Source: Lama glama
Taxonomy: Eukaryota
Reading direction: 5' to 3'
NCBI GenBank assembly: GCA_028534125.1
Contig: CM052816.1
Coordinates: 76,820,001-76,884,000, forward strand
Length of the DNA: 64,000 nucleotides
The notes beneath the pieces are model-generated. The model worked only from the letters and a program-made list of their open reading frames with translations. It searched no databases and was not told the DNA's origin. Of this stretch, positions 62,201 to 64,000 are shown one piece after another; the first letter of the stretch is position 1, and every line of letters starts with the position of its first letter. The position numbers and the translations under genes were made by a program.

Positions 62201-63412
62201 TTGTCATTAATCTCAGAAAATTCCTGTAAGTTTATTGTTTCTGTTTCTTCTTTATTTGCTTTACTATAATTAAAAATCCATCTCATTCTTTCCATCACAT
62301 CAGACTAGATTTTTGCTTTTGAGAATTCCGGTATTAGTAATTATATTTTGGTATATTTTATAGAGTCCACAGTAAGAATTTAGAGCCAATCATATTATAG
62401 TAAGGTAAGTCTACCCATTTTTTTTAACTTTTTTTTGCTCCCTGAAAAACAAAGATGCTTTTCTTTAGACTTATTTTGTATACATGCAAATATAGTCCTT
62501 GTTGTATTTGAAAGTGACCATGGATTTTGCAAAGCAAAATATTCCACTGCTAAACACGAGTGCAACGTAGGAAGACTTCAGCACTTGTTCTCCCAAGCTT
62601 AGTAAGGAGCAAGACACTTACAGAGTTGAGTGTCTCATGAAGCCTGTCAAATTATCTCTTGACAGTTTTCCAAAAATGATAATAATTTTTTAAAAATCCA
62701 GCAATCCCTCTCCATCTCCCAGCCCTGCTTCCCTCTGGTTTTGCTGCACCCTCAGGCAAGCCCGCTGCGGGTGGCTGCCAGAGCTCCAGGAGGCCTCCTG
62801 GAGACCCAGATTCAGTGGAAGAGCAGTCACATCCCTTCCTGGGCAGCTCGAGTTATTTCGGCAGGCGAGGGAGAGCAGATGCCAGGCAGGCAGAGGAGCA
62901 GGGGCGCACCACAGAAAGTCTCGTAAGCCTGCGTCAAGATGAAATGGTAGCACATGGGTTTCAGAATAGGTCAGTTTTCAGAGTTTCCAGTTCATCATTC
63001 CCCAAACCTACATCTAATTTCTCACCTTCAGGCCTTACATCACTCTCCTGTGGCAATGCCTCCTGACTGTCAAAACCTTTTCCATGAAAAGATAAGTCAC
63101 AAATGACTAGTAGACAGTTCTTCTTCTGTTTGGGCAACGGTTTATAAATATCCATTTACAGTGGCTTATTCTCTTTGTGTACAGCTTTCATATCACTTCT
63201 GAATCTATCAAACCATACTGAATTAAAATAACACAAACCATATAAATTAAAATAACAAGATGTCATTTTCTCCTGTCGAATTCAGTAGAATTTTTAATGT
63301 TCATTCTATGATAAACAAAGTAAGTAATAATAGCTTATTAGGCAAATGGTGCTGGGACATTGATAAATGACTTAAGAACAACAACAACAAAAACTCCATA
63401 AAAATAAATCCC

Positions 63413-63508
63413 GGGGGGAGGGGAATAGCTCAATGGTAAAGCTTGTGCTTAGCACGCACAAGGTCCTGGGTTCAATTCCCAGTACCTACATTAAAAAAAA
63501 AAAAAAAA
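63413..63508 (+). mobile_element. tRNA-Ala(AGC)-derived SINE (camelid Vic-1 type)
   Basis: A box TAGCTCAATGG 63426-63436, cttagca anticodon-loop remnant, B box GGTTCAATTCC 63469-63479, poly(A) tail. Confidence 0.88.
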
Positions 63509-64000
63509 GATCCTGATCCCACACCTAATTCTAAAAGAAATTACTAATACTTTTACAAAGTTAAATGTGAAAAAATGAATCCAAAGAGAAGTAGGAGGAA
63601 GTATAAGGTTAATAATTATGTGTGTTCTAAGGGTAGGGAAGGCTTTCCTAAACATAAGTCTAATGATAGAAATTATACATAAAAGAATTTATTAATTGGA
63701 TTAGAGAAAAAGGAGTAAGTCCTATATATCAGAAAAGAATTTTAACTTTATGATAAAAATGAACTGGACAAAATATTTCTAACATAACTGTTATCAATTG
63801 GAAATTTTTATTCATCAGATTCACAAGGGAACTAATTCTCCCTACCTTAAGCCCCCAAAAACAGCTGCCAAAAGAGAAAATGATCTATTCCTGTGAGAAC
63901 TGTGCCTGGCAAGGAAGGTTACAAGTCAAGTGTGCAAGGACTGAGCAGTTTTTAAAACTCCAAGAGGACTGTGATAGTGAGGAGAGAGCATGAAGAGAGG

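Larger units (their letters stand above)
26206..64000 (+). other. FYB1: FYB1 intron downstream of the large exon (next exon not seen in window)
   Basis: Starts GTGAGT. No sequence encoding the expected continuation (TSKGQ..PPPPPSHPASQPP) was found downstream. Repeat-rich. Confidence 0.75.

Noticed and set aside
63413..63490. Functional tRNA-Ala gene
   Set aside because: Disrupted stems, extra 5' G-run, poly(A) tail and a second diverged copy in the window indicate a SINE.
1..64000. CRISPR array, operon, phage or novel multi-gene system
   Set aside because: Mammalian intronic DNA with no repeat-spacer array. The other short ORFs are chance or repeat-derived.

Overview
This is mammalian genomic DNA, not prokaryotic. 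It is very likely a camelid, because it carries two tRNA-Ala-derived SINEs of the camelid Vic-1 type plus artiodactyl-type L1 3' ends. The window lies within and upstream of FYB1 (ADAP/SLAP-130) on the + strand. The only confident coding sequence is the large proline-rich FYB1 exon at 25044-26205 (main ATG 25071, donor after c.1135). The next coding exon was not found, so 26206-64000 appears to be one long intron, and the non-coding first exon(s) could not be placed with confidence. The rest is intronic or upstream DNA with ERV1 solo LTRs, MaLR LTRs, L1/L2/MIR fragments, DNA transposon relics, microsatellites and a 500-N assembly gap. Repeat family names and human FYB1 comparisons are from memory, not from a database search. 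I see no evidence of a novel multi-gene system. The best leads are: a candidate alternative exon ending ATG|GTAAGT that would add an in-frame N-terminal extension; a uORF just before the main ATG; an intronic NRF1/GATA-cluster element with splice donors; solo LTRs carrying ETS/YY1 and GAS motifs; a divergent CTCF motif pair; and a perfect 17-bp inverted repeat.
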